From Amoebidium appalachense (taxonomy: Eukaryota > Protista > Ichthyosporea), in NCBI GenBank assembly GCA_963693365.1, contig CAVNZM010000002.1, positions 16,587,615 through 16,651,614 on the forward strand: a DNA stretch of 64,000 nucleotides. The letters run 5' to 3'. The number at the start of each line of letters is the position of its first letter. Positions within the stretch are counted from its first letter, which is position 1. Position numbers and translations under genes: made by a program. The notes beneath the pieces are model-generated. The model worked only from the letters and a program-made list of their open reading frames with translations, made no database searches and had not been told where the DNA came from. Of the stretch, positions 20,538-64,000 are shown piece by piece.

Positions 20538-22061
20538 AGGGGGGGAGGGGGGGGGGAGGGGGGAGGGGGAAGGGTTGGGCGGCGCAGCATTTTTTTGTTG
20601 GTCTTGTTGTTGTTGTTGTTTGGGGGAGGGGGAAGGGGGGGGGGGGGGGAGGGGGGGGGGGGGGGAGGGGGACGATGATGGGCAAGGAGGGAAAGAATAT
20701 GACAACTCACCTCAAACTCGACCCCCGATCGAGGCTGTTAATCCTCTTGATGCCATGTGCCAAGGCCCTTCTCACCACCAACGGGCTCATCCTAGGCGAT
20801 TTGAGCTCCGCAGTCGCCTCAGAGACCCAATCAGAAACGATAATCGAGCACCTTAAATGGATAATTCCTTCACCACGTTCATTGGCCAAGAGTATCATGC
20901 GCTCGGGGCGGTCACCAACATTTGCCCATTTATGGATGGCAGCAACGGGTGTGCGGTACTTTGCCCGTGCCTTGCCTCCTCCGGCACCCTTCAGCTTCAA
21001 CGTCAGATACCCGTCCTTCTGTTCCTTTACAGGTACCTGATGGGCAGCAATGGGGTTATTGAGTAGTTGGAGTACAGTAGGTACGGATCTGACACAAAAG
21101 AAAATGTAACTTCAGGAGTGGCCTTTTTAGGCCTTTAGCTTAATGCCTCCCTTTTCTAACTTATCCTTTTTAGTAATGCCTCATCATACTAGCATAAGCC
21201 AATGCATTTTTGAATGAGAAGCAGAGGCAGTGCAAAGCATAATCCAGGCTGCAAGCTGCGAGCCTATGTGCTGTATCACATGCACACACCAACGGCAAAA
21301 AACACCATGATGCAATCAGACACACAGACATGTACACACTCACACTCTTTTACTCATGCGCAGGCACACACACACACACGCAGAAGGAACACACAATACG
21401 CTCACACATGTACACAGGCGAACAGGGTAACAAAACTAGGCACACACGAAAGCCTTGCCAAACTACCAGTTTGTACGTATGATTCCCGGAACCAACATAT
21501 GCCCAGGTACTGCAACTCCGTAATACATAACGTTAACGCCTTTTTTGAGCATGTGGCATCTACACACTGATAACTAAACATATATACAGTCACTGCAACA
21601 AAGGCAAACACACTGCAAAATGCATTGTAACTTGAACAAAGGGTTTTAAAATTCCCCTCGACAACTTTAGCCTCTCCTTTTACCATCCGGCAACCACCAC
21701 AAACATGAATGAACCGTTTCACTGAGCAAGGCTGGCACCAGAGACTAACACATGAACCCGTGCTCCACACCGTCACACACAGATTCCAGGCCATCACACC
21801 ATCATCTGTATAATGGACCAACATCGTCCTTTAGAATTAATACTATAAATAGAACTTTGTACGCGTAAAACCGAGCCATACCTTGATAACGAGCGACTCA
21901 TTCCACGACATGGTTGCACTGGTGACCGTTCTTGTTCTTTCACCCCCAACCTTGGCCACAATGTATGCCCCCCCACGTACAAGCTGTGTGTCTTGGCACG
22001 TTCCTTCAAAAACCTGCACGGTGATCCGCGAGGGTTGCATGGTTGGGCTGTGTGCTGCCAT
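17830..22061 (-). CDS. C2-domain + long S/T/P-rich linker + C-terminal PLAC8 Cys-rich domain protein (one frame break near 19170-19186)
   Basis: Exon 21882-22061 (RITVQVFEG...AYIVAKVGGERTRT...SWNESLVIK) and exon 20711-21036 (VPVKEQKDGYLTLKLKG...GIIHLRCSII) form a C2 fold. Exon 17830-19295 ends in FRTSLFGCMEEVKSCVLSFFLPCV...RQSLRAAYGL...DCLECVFCHCCMVSQTAREL (PLAC8). Joining the parts needs a 1-nt frame correction or a small intron. Confidence 0.7.
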
Positions 22062-22689
22062 TTTGAATTTACTTTTCTTGTTCTGTCGTGTTTCTTTTAG
22101 AAAGAGAAAACCTAAGCCAAGGGTGATCCAATGAACCTAGCTATAGCTACGTATACGCGATATGGTGCTGGTACTTGTGTTTGGCGGGGGCCATCCCGTC
22201 ACTCTCCAATTCAGTAACTACGGTGCGGCAAAGGAAAACAGAATACTCTAACCACCAATATGACACGCAACTACTAGTTCTACTGGACACTCGTTTGGGC
22301 GGACTGGCCGTAAGGTCCTACAATGCTGGCTAGGCTAACTTCCACTGTGCACAGAGCCGGCCGCGGAAGTTGTCCGGGGCTCATGAGTACCCGTCCGAAG
22401 CGGCGATTTGGCTTAAATTGTCTCTTTTTTGATTGGCTGCATCTTCAGTCGAAAATACTCCTGGTGTACAAAATGGTCTTTGTATCTACACGAGTACAGC
22501 AGTTTCCTTAGTATGAGTTTTTTTATAATCATTTTGTTTTAGAGCTTTTTATTTATAAAAATATGTAAGCGTCGGTTTTGATGAGAAGGCCTCGCTTATG
22601 AGTGATGATCGGATCTGCCAGGAATCCGGGATCTTTTTTAAATGACATTTTGATTGAAGATCTGTCATTATTTATATTTGCTGGCTAAC

Positions 22690-22840
22690 TTGAAGCAGTT
22701 TGATTGGCCTTATAGCTAGGCAGATGCAATCGTTGATTGGCTTACGAAAATGCTTAAGTGTTTTGATTGGTGAGCCAAAAGCTAGCCAATGAAAACCAAA
22801 AATAAACCATGACGACCAATTGCCTTTCTACCAATAATAA
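22690..22840. promoter_or_regulatory. Cluster of CCAAT boxes (NF-Y-like) upstream of the C2/PLAC8 gene
   Basis: About six ATTGG/CCAAT pentamers in about 140 bp (tgattggcc, tgattggct, tgattggtg, agccaatg, gaccaatt, taccaata). A similar cluster lies at about 10135-10315 upstream of the DUF3533 gene. Confidence 0.4.
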
Positions 22841-23240
22841 CCCACAGAGAGGCTCTTTTTGCATTCCTTCGCCTTAGTGAACCCGGGCTGCCGGTTGAAC
22901 GGGCGACCTCAAGTTCAACACGTGCACCAGCTGTGCGCATCCAGTGAATGAAGATGATTCCATTCTCTATTCTTCTTGATTTACACCGTGGTCTGTGGAT
23001 CGTGACACAAGACTCGCCTGCACACTGTTTTCACACCAAACCAATCATAATAATAATGAGAATAATGAACACGGACACACTTGCACACACACGTGAACGT
23101 GTGACGCACACTCATGCCAGCCACAAAACGAGCACAAGCAAGCACCGCAATCCTATTCACGCATACTCAAATGTCGCACACGTGTTGATAGTCACACACA
23201 TAAATATGCACACACACACACACACAGACCAGATACACAG

Positions 23241-23328
<88 letters not shown>

Positions 23329-23509
23329 ACGGTGGAACACACACGCACATACACAAACACGCACGCACACACGCCACGCATACACAGAGAGGGAGAAGAA
23401 ACACGCATAGCATCCCCCCCACCCGATACACACACACACAGTGTCACACACACATATAACGGCCGCACACACAGAGAGGGAGAAACCGTTATACATGCAT
23501 AAACAGCCT

Positions 23510-23545
<36 letters not shown>

Positions 23546-23779
23546 CCCCCTCCCTCCCCCCTCCCCCCTACCCCCCCCCCTCTCCCTCCCCTTCTCTCCC
23601 CCCCAACACGCACATTTGAACACATGCTATTGATTGGTACCATGTATAAATAAGTACACACATGATGCGAAACACAACCACACCCCCACCCAACCACCCA
23701 CCCATAAACACACACACACAGCTATACACCCACCCACCCACCCACCCACACAAACACACGCACACACCGTTAGCACACA

Positions 23780-23867
<88 letters not shown>

Positions 23868-23982
23868 CACATGCGCGCCACCTCGCACACACGCAACAAA
23901 TCAGCACCGTCGGCTTCACAAGAACACACCTCACGCCCACAAATTTTCACACCGTCACACACTACGGTGAGAGTTGAGGCCC

Positions 23983-24015
<33 letters not shown>

Positions 24016-24946
24016 GGGGGGGGGGCGCCGGGGGACGGGGGGGGGGGGGGAGGGGGGGGGGGGAGGGGAGGGAGGGGTACCGGTACCAGGATTACACATG
24101 GCAGCAACAGTCAGAACCACTTTATTGTCCCGCCGAGACGTTCCCTTGTCTCGCCTTTTCAAAGACCTCTCTGCATTCTCATACATAAAATTACTATATA
24201 ATCCGTTGAAGTGCTGCAGCAAAAAATGTCGGTGCGAACGAAAATTCCAGGCTATCCATGCGTATAACCTATACAGCATTTTCACACTAATGTCATGGAA
24301 AAAGGATGATACCGTCCAATCTTATTAAAAACACATTTGAGCCTTTAGAATAATAACCTCTGCTTACAGTAGAATCCCAATACGATACTTGACTCGTTGT
24401 GAAATGTCTGGTTAGATGTCGCTTGATATAGCTACATGGGCCACCCCGGGAGTTTCAAATTACCCCAACGGGCCTGCAGAAACAACACAATACGACACTC
24501 GTAACACATTCATGCATACAATAATCTTCATACGGTTTTATAATATGCAAATCAGTCAAGAAATGACTAAAAAAACCCCTAACAATATATTCGCTTTGCC
24601 CCTCTCTTCAATACATATGATTTTGGGCTTACATAACCTCATTCGCTACAACTGTTTACAGCCAAAAACCACTTCAAGCTTCGCACGATTACATTCAGGA
24701 ATAATAAAAAGCCCGTGTCTTTGTATACCTACACATGCACATAGTTTTTGAAAACGTGTTGTCTCATTATCATACTGACATTCGCAAAAGGCGGGAGGCA
24801 TGTGAGAAATTCGGATCCTGATACATTTCTGAAGCCTCGTGTGTGCCCTCACACTATCATGAGATTAAGAATTACGTATGGATCCGGAGGAACGGGGGGG
24901 TGGGTGGGTGGGTGGGTGGGGGTTGTGTGGGGGGGGGGGGAGGGCC

Positions 24947-52476
<27,530 letters not shown>

Positions 52477-53253
52477 GATAAACGAGAGAAACCCAAAACC
52501 TCGGAGGGATGATGGTGGCGGGTTCTGAGGGAGGAGAGACTGGGCGGGAGTGCACGGTGGGGGGGGGGGGGGGGGGGAGGGAGGGAGGGGGGGGGGACGG
52601 GACGGAAGAGAAGCGAAGCATGAACTCAGTGTGAAGCGAGAGAGAGACGGGCTAAGAGGGGCATTAGGTCAAAACCCTCAGATATGTTGTTACAAATACA
52701 TATTTCCAGAAAGCGCAAACGAAAACGAACACACCTTGTTTCCTTGTTGGCTCCATTGCTGCCCATTCTCCCACCACTGCTTGTACTCGCCTATCCTGTG
52801 TCCAGCCCACGCAACGCAAGGTTAGGAATGCTTCTTGGGCAAAAGAAACTCAGCAGCTTATAATTTTTCCACTTTAGCTATTCTTTTATCCGCCTTGCAC
52901 TTTATATTTCATATTGTTTGAGACCTCCGGGCCATCCCCAGTATGCCCAAGCTCAGATATACCTCATATTATGCCTGCCATAAAAGGCTATTATTTTCCG
53001 CCTTTTTTAAGGTCCTCCAATCATTGACCATAACCCCCCCCCCCCCCCCCCCCCCCCCCTTGACCATACCTCTCCTATCCATAGATCTCTATCCAGTATA
53101 ATCTAGAGAGACGGGGGTTTGGGGGGTCCCACATGTATGCTTTTTTCTTGTTCATTGGCTGTGACACCCTCCAATGAAACCCTTGAATTCCTCTTTTGCC
53201 CACCTCTTCTTTTCGGGAGAGAAGGGGGGAGGGGGAGGGGGGGGGGGGGGGGG

Positions 53254-53400
<147 letters not shown>

Positions 53401-54300
53401 GGGTTGGAGGGGGGAGGGGGGGGGGGGGGGGGGGAGGGAAAAGAAAAGTTGGGGAGGGGGGAGGGGGGAGGGGGGGGCGTTCCCCGGAGGGGGGGGAGAG
53501 AGATAGAGAGAGAAAGCGAAATAGAGAAGGGAAGAGGGAGGGGATGACAGGGAGTGGGTGTATGCGTGCACGCACGCGCCCGCATGTGTGTATGTGTGTG
53601 TGCGTGTGTGTATGCGCGCGAGTATAAGAGGGAGAAAAACACAAAAAGAGGATTTAACTCACACACAAGCCCACAAACTCTGCCCTCAACACACAGACAT
53701 GCAGGTCCAAACCATATGCACAAAACGGCGGGGGGAAGGGTTCACTTGGGGGAAATGATTGGCGGCACCCTGACGAGTGGGTGAGTCGGGATCTTTCGGG
53801 GCTCCAGAGGGGGGGGGGGAGGGGGGGGGGGGGGGGGGGTAGGATGGGGTGTGATATCTCTCACATCCGCGCGGCCGTCATGTTCACTTCGGCACGTGAC
53901 TTCAGCTTTTGGCACCGATATTAGTTAGTTTTAGAGGAAAGGGGGTGATCTATAGGTCTGAGGGGAAGCTGTGGCGACTTCAAAGGCGTATTTTTGCATA
54001 TTTGTGTTTATATACATCATGAAATGTGTGTGTAGGCGTCTGCATGTTTGTATGTATGGTGCGTGTTGTGGTGTGTGCGCTTTGTGTTCGCAGTACTAAG
54101 TTCCCCTACGTGTGGATTTGGAGATAATGCGTGCATGTAGAGGAAGGGAGGCTGTGGGGTTTATGTGCGTGTGTGTGTGTGGGGGGGAGGGGGGGTACAT
54201 GGTGTTAAACTCACATATTGCCTATTTTAATTAATATATTCAGCATAATTTCAAGATCCTGTTGTCTTATTGGATCTTCATTTCCCCTCTCCTCCGGTCC

Positions 54301-54372
<72 letters not shown>

Positions 54373-57304
54373 GTGACACACACACACGCACACACACACA
54401 CACACACACACATGCACTGCACATGCATATATGTTGGGTCTCTCCGTCTCTCTCCCTTCCTCTCTCTCGTTGTATGAGGCATGCACACACGATTCCGATT
54501 GTGCATACTTGCTGGTCGCAATTGCATACCTTTGTTATTAGTATATATATAATTTTGTATATTATAATATTGGTTCATCTTGCAATGATTGCAAGTTTCA
54601 TGACCTGCATGCATGATTTCGGTTTTCTTTGCACAACCCTACCCAGGACTGGCTCCGACCCACACGTACGCAAAGCTTAATAGACACACCCTCCACATTG
54701 GTTCATTTCTCTAAAATCGCTCTTCTCTCTTTTATCCCCCCCCTCCCCCCCCCCCCCCCCCCCTTCCCCCACAGGCACTTTCTATCCTGTCGGTCCTGTA
54801 AGAGAAACTACTTAAACAAGATATTATCCGCGAGCCAGCCTGGGCTTGCCGCTTGGACGAATCCCCCCCCCCCCCCCCCCCCCCTCCCCCAGAGTCTCCC
54901 CCCCCCCCCCTCCCCCCCGTACCCCTCCAAAGACACATGCACGGACGCGCACACACAGGTGTACGCAGGAAGTTACTCAATATCCCTTCATCCCCCTCCC
55001 CCCTCCCCCCCCCCCCCCTCCCCCGTTCGAATCCCCCCTCTGTGCGTCCCTTTTCTCCACTCAGGGCCATTCCCTCCTCGCGTCCTTCAGACTGGATTGA
55101 ACATGGATGGGTCCGAGGTGCAAAACAGTGCCCTGTCACTTAGCCTGGCAGGTTATGGGGCCCGAGACTACTGCCAATCACCACATTTGCCTTGTAACCC
55201 TATTTTGCGTAAATACAGGCATGGAGCACTGTTTGACAAGGCCAAATCATGTGCCATGTTTGGCGGTGGGCCGGCAACACACATGGCAGGCACCTACCTG
55301 CCACCTTTGCTGCAACCGACAGGACTGAAAAACTGAGGCAGCTCAAGGTGACTATCCAACGTATATCGATAAGTGTATCTAACATAGACCTAAATCCACG
55401 TTTACACTGAACATATGGCATGGCTCCCCCCCCCCCCCCCCCCCCCCTCTTCCCCAACCCCTCTTTCCCCCCCCCGGGGAAGCTCCCCCACTCCTATCAC
55501 ACTGTTACCACCATTCCTCCACCAACACCCATCTTGATTACCAGGTCCAGTGATATGTATTCGAAGGCCTCTTGCCTACCCTTTTTAGCGGCCGTGATTT
55601 AGGTTTTTCTTCTTCCTTGTTCTATATTGCTTTTTATCGGTAACCCGTTAATTATACTTTAGCTCCCCTGCTCCCCCCCCCCATCCCCTGCCCCCCCCTC
55701 CCCCCCCCCCCCCCCCCCCCCCCGTTCCCCCCTACCCCCCACTCCCCCCACCCCCCCCCCCCCCCCCCCCCCGTTCCCCCCTACCCCCACCCCTTTGCCC
55801 GGGCCTCTGAAGATCTTCTCGCACAAAGCCGCAAAAACATACATGCAAATAAATCCGAACACCCATCTTCTATGGGAAGCACACGTGCCTTGCGTATGTA
55901 GCCCAGTGGCAGTGTGTTACTAAGAATAGTTATTTGGGCCCATTTCCGATACATAGGTTAACATGCCTATCACGTGATTTGGTGAGTCCTCTCCAGCCCA
56001 CTGTTAAGTAGCCAATAGCTAAATGACATATATTGCCAAAAAAAGGTTAAAGCACTGGTGATCAATGGCAGAGAGGACTGCCTGATACTCTACCAATGCG
56101 GTGTGGCCACGGCACAAGCAATCCCTTGCGCCAAGCTTGTATTGGTGCGAGTGTCCTTCCATGCAGTGGCGCTATCCACAAATTTTACCTCCTGCCTTCA
56201 TGCAGCCCTCCCTAGTGTCCTCCCCCTCTCCCCCCTCCTCCTAAAGCCCCTCACCCCCAACCCTACTATCCCCGACATCCATTTTCTCTCCCCCCCCCCT
56301 CCCCCCCCTTTCTGCCTCTTCCCCCTCCCCCCCCCTCCCCCCCCCCTCCCCCCCCCCCCCCCCCCCCCGCCCGCGCCACCACCACCACACACACCACACT
56401 GTGACGTCAAGTTCAAACTGAACACACACACAATCAGATATATAACTATTAGGTAACCTTGTCAGGGCCGGAAGCCCCGTCCTCCTTCTCCCCCCCCCCC
56501 CCCCCCCCCCCCACCTTCCCCCCTCGCCCTATACCCGCTCCTGCCTGCTGTCCCTTGAGAGCTTAAGCCCTAGGGCTTCTCAACTATTCCCGCCCACCCA
56601 CCCCCCTCCCCTCTCCCGGGGTTTCCCCTCCTCCCCCATTGGCACTCCCTCCCCGACTAACCCGTCTGGTAGGGTAAGAAATATGGTGCTATGTACAAAA
56701 AAGTTCTGAAGAATGCCGTTAAACTGCCTGCTGCCCTAAAAAAAAAAGAACATTTGTAAAAGAATCTGATTCACAGTCACGTTTTGTCACAGATTGATCG
56801 CATGGGACATGGGTGGCCTCGCGTCTTTGGGGGGACATTGTGAGAGAGGTCACTGACGCCCCCCCCCCCCCCCCCCCCCCCCCTGGATCCCCTCCCACGT
56901 TAAAAAAGCCACACACCTACGGTACACCATGCCCACACCTACAGGATACATACGCAAAAATTGACATATCCACATAAATACAAACACAAAATACGCACAC
57001 ATACGCGCTCACACATGCACACATGCGTGTGCGCACACGCGCGCACACACCACATGCCACACCCACCCACCCACCCACACAACTCAACTCCTCAATCGCT
57101 TTCCTTGTGCCTCAATCAAACGGCGGCGGAGGAGTTGGGGTAAGAACAGTACTGCTTGAGATTGCTTGGCTTTTATCCCACCACCCTACGAGGCCTGCCC
57201 ATGCACTCCACAGCGTCAGTGCACAATTGTTATTTCGAGTATTCGATATACTCGGAGAGCATGTTAAGGAATATGTAACTGACTGAGGGACAGTCGAACA
57301 ACAA

Positions 57305-57376
57305 TCTTCGGTAGTATAGTGGTTAGTATCTCCGCCTGTCACGCGGAAGACCCGGGTTCGATTCCCGGCCGGAGAG
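57305..57376 (+). tRNA. tRNA-Asp(GTC), identical second copy
   Basis: Same 72-nt sequence as 38367-38438, followed by T4, T5 and T7 tracts. Confidence 0.97.
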
Positions 57377-57441
57377 AATTTTACCTCGGTTTTTGGCCAC
57401 AATTTTTTTGGGGTGTTCTTGTTCGCTTGTTTTTTTCCCGA

Positions 57442-57833
<392 letters not shown>

Positions 57834-58218
57834 GAGGGCCGGCGGCGGCTGGCGCTGGTCGTCTTTGCGTTGCGAACGGTCCGTCATGTCCAGGCGCATG
57901 CACACGTACATACTCGCACAGGTGGATTCCACCTATAGTGTCTGTACTCGTGAGCACTCTAAATCGCCCCACTGAATAGGGTGATAGTGATAGCAACATA
58001 CGTATACGAGCAGGCAATGTATGCATACTGACTGCATAATGATATTAACATAAGGGCCCTACATAAGACTCTGCACATATGCACGCAAAAGCCTAACTTA
58101 TCGCCCTAAGTTACTATGACATTGTGTATGAGAGGTGGTACGTATCCCTATGTTATTTCGCAGAGCTTGTGTAAATGGTTTTCATGATCTAAATTTGTGT
58201 ACTTGTACACTTGTGTGG

Positions 58219-58251
<33 letters not shown>

Positions 58252-59708
58252 TTACTATTTGGGGGCTGATTGCGAGGTGCACAAGTGCGTGTGCGAACCA
58301 CGGTGTGTGGTGATGGTAGTGAAAGCAACGGGATGGGATAGGGAGTGGAGAAGGGGGGTTCGACCGCACAGTGTGCCATAGTTTGGCCTTTGCACACCTT
58401 ACCATGCACACACCATTTGCTCATGTGACCTGCACACATGGACATAGTCTTCATACTAGCCTGTACGGCCCCGCCCTCGCGGGCGAGCCTTATACCCCAC
58501 ATCATAGCAGCGATAAAAGAAGCCTTAGAGAAAGAAAAGGAAAAAAAAAGAGAAACATAAAAGGAAAGAAAAAAGATGGGAAATGAAGTAAAAAACTGGG
58601 AATGAAAAAAAAAGAAAAAAAAAAACTTGTGCCGCGGCACAGGGCATTGCAAATATGGTGCAGCGATCCCATCAACATAGCGCACGACCTGGCCTTATCC
58701 ACGGTAGGCGGTTTACCTATGGTTTTTCCAGGGGGGTGCGTTATCCCATCTGTTACGGAGATACCCAGTAATCCACAATTGAGATAACCTGGGATACCGA
58801 ACTATGGACCAAAGGTATTTTTGGGATCCTTTTAGGATACTTTAGTGTAATGAATGCAAATAGTGTTATTGGATAGCTTTACACAATTGCTGTTGCCCTT
58901 GAAGTTGTAAACATATCCAAGAATGCTTGCCGCCTTTTACTGATGTTAAAGAGGGTTGTGCCAGTTTCGCGTCATGTTTCAAAATGTAAATTCACCCACA
59001 TTTTGTATGCGATATAATTATTATAATATTTCTCCAAAAATCTATTTTATTTTTATTATTAGTTATTAAAGATTTTCTCCAAAATGTTTACTTGATACAT
59101 ACCATTTTTTATATTTGCGTGAACATGCAATCGAGTTCTCGTTATTTTCAACGTCACTTGAAAAGACCGGACACCGAATCTTGATAGCGGATCCGTTATT
59201 TCAAATATCATGCCGTCGTTGATGTTATGGAGGATTAGGCCGCTTGTCCTTAATGTATCAAAATCCAAAAATAACGCGCAAAAGTGTTATTCAGACAAAC
59301 CTTAGTGAAGATTTTTTTTTTTTTTTTTAATACTTATACCGATCACAAAAGTCCGTGAAACTCCCTATAGCTCCGTAAATGCGCGGAGATCAAATTGAGC
59401 TCTCTTTATTTCAACATCCACTTGAAGATAACGGAAAAGTAATCTTGGTAGTGGATTACATTCTTGCCTTTTAAAACTTTTAAAGCATTGTACCTGGATC
59501 CACTGCATAGCTGATTTGTATCCAACCATCTTTTTATAATCCCTATCGTACAAACGGAAGGTACAAATAGCTGTCATCAGGTCTGGCGAATCGAACCAGT
59601 ACATGCAGGAACAGGCTAACGGCACATTTTAAACATGTACGATATGCTGGGATCTTGTTTTTAAAAAGTGAGCGTATAGTATCTTTTAGCTATACCTCTG
59701 AAGCCATC

Positions 59709-59744
<36 letters not shown>

Positions 59745-59797
59745 ACCCAAAAAACAAAAACAAAAAAAAAACAACAACAACAACAACAACAACAACC

Positions 59798-59828
<31 letters not shown>

Positions 59829-60118
59829 ACCCAACCCAACCCACACCTCTCGATAAGCCGCTTTTGTCATCAACACGACGAAAATCCAGAGACATCAAGC
59901 TATATTTATCGCTAAATCCTGAATACCAATGTCGATGTCATCCTTTTGAACCGTGATGTCAAATATCAAATGGGCACGACGCAAACCAGAAGTGCACAAA
60001 GATTGGTTTCGCCTGTAATGGGCAATATAGCTTTTTTTCAAGCATAGAGAAATCACCATATAAAGGAATCCTAGATAATTTCAGGTGAAGGCGACTTCGC
60101 CTCAGACAACCAGGCCAC

Positions 60119-64000
<3,882 letters not shown>

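Noticed and set aside
22575-22670. TGATGA boxes as a C/D snoRNA or U3
   Set aside because: No properly placed CTGA D box or terminal stem.
55195-55202. TAACCCTA (also CTAACCCTA at about 17695 and TAACCCTA at about 34094) as a telomerase RNA template near TERT
   Set aside because: 8-9-mers are expected by chance in 64 kb on two strands; I saw no pseudoknot, H/ACA box or other support, and the telomere repeat is unknown.
54600-57290. Possible gene between TERT and the second tRNA
   Set aside because: Only short ORFs without recognisable domains or a coherent splice path.
59059-59625. Two short AT-rich ORFs as a transposon or viral gene
   Set aside because: No recognisable motifs, terminal repeats or target-site duplications.

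Overview
Intron-rich eukaryotic DNA, probably a protist; the genes look opisthokont-like but the taxon cannot be fixed from sequence. It is saturated with poly-G/poly-C runs and (CA)n/(GA)n microsatellites, so almost all ORFs in the supplied track are spurious. Manual splicing gives six protein genes: a short-form RNase Z (ELAC1-like, minus, runs off the left end); a zinc-finger-rich Gig2-like ADP-ribosyltransferase (plus); a YhgE/Pip/DUF3533-like membrane protein (plus); a C2 + PLAC8 protein (minus); a complete telomerase reverse transcriptase TERT (minus, about 27.5 kb, 35-37 exons, about 1,250-1,280 aa); and EMC7 (minus, runs off the right end). There are two identical tRNA-Asp(GTC) genes, one inside a TERT intron. 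Most notable: (i) a U12-type AT-AC minor intron in the TERT RNA-binding domain; (ii) an apparent splicing code in which weak 5' splice sites are followed by sense-strand poly-C and (CA)n runs straight into the 3' CAG; (iii) the intronic tRNA between the TERT T-motif and RT motif 1; (iv) the multi-zinc-finger Gig2-like ART. Exon coordinates were counted by hand and need RNA-seq confirmation.
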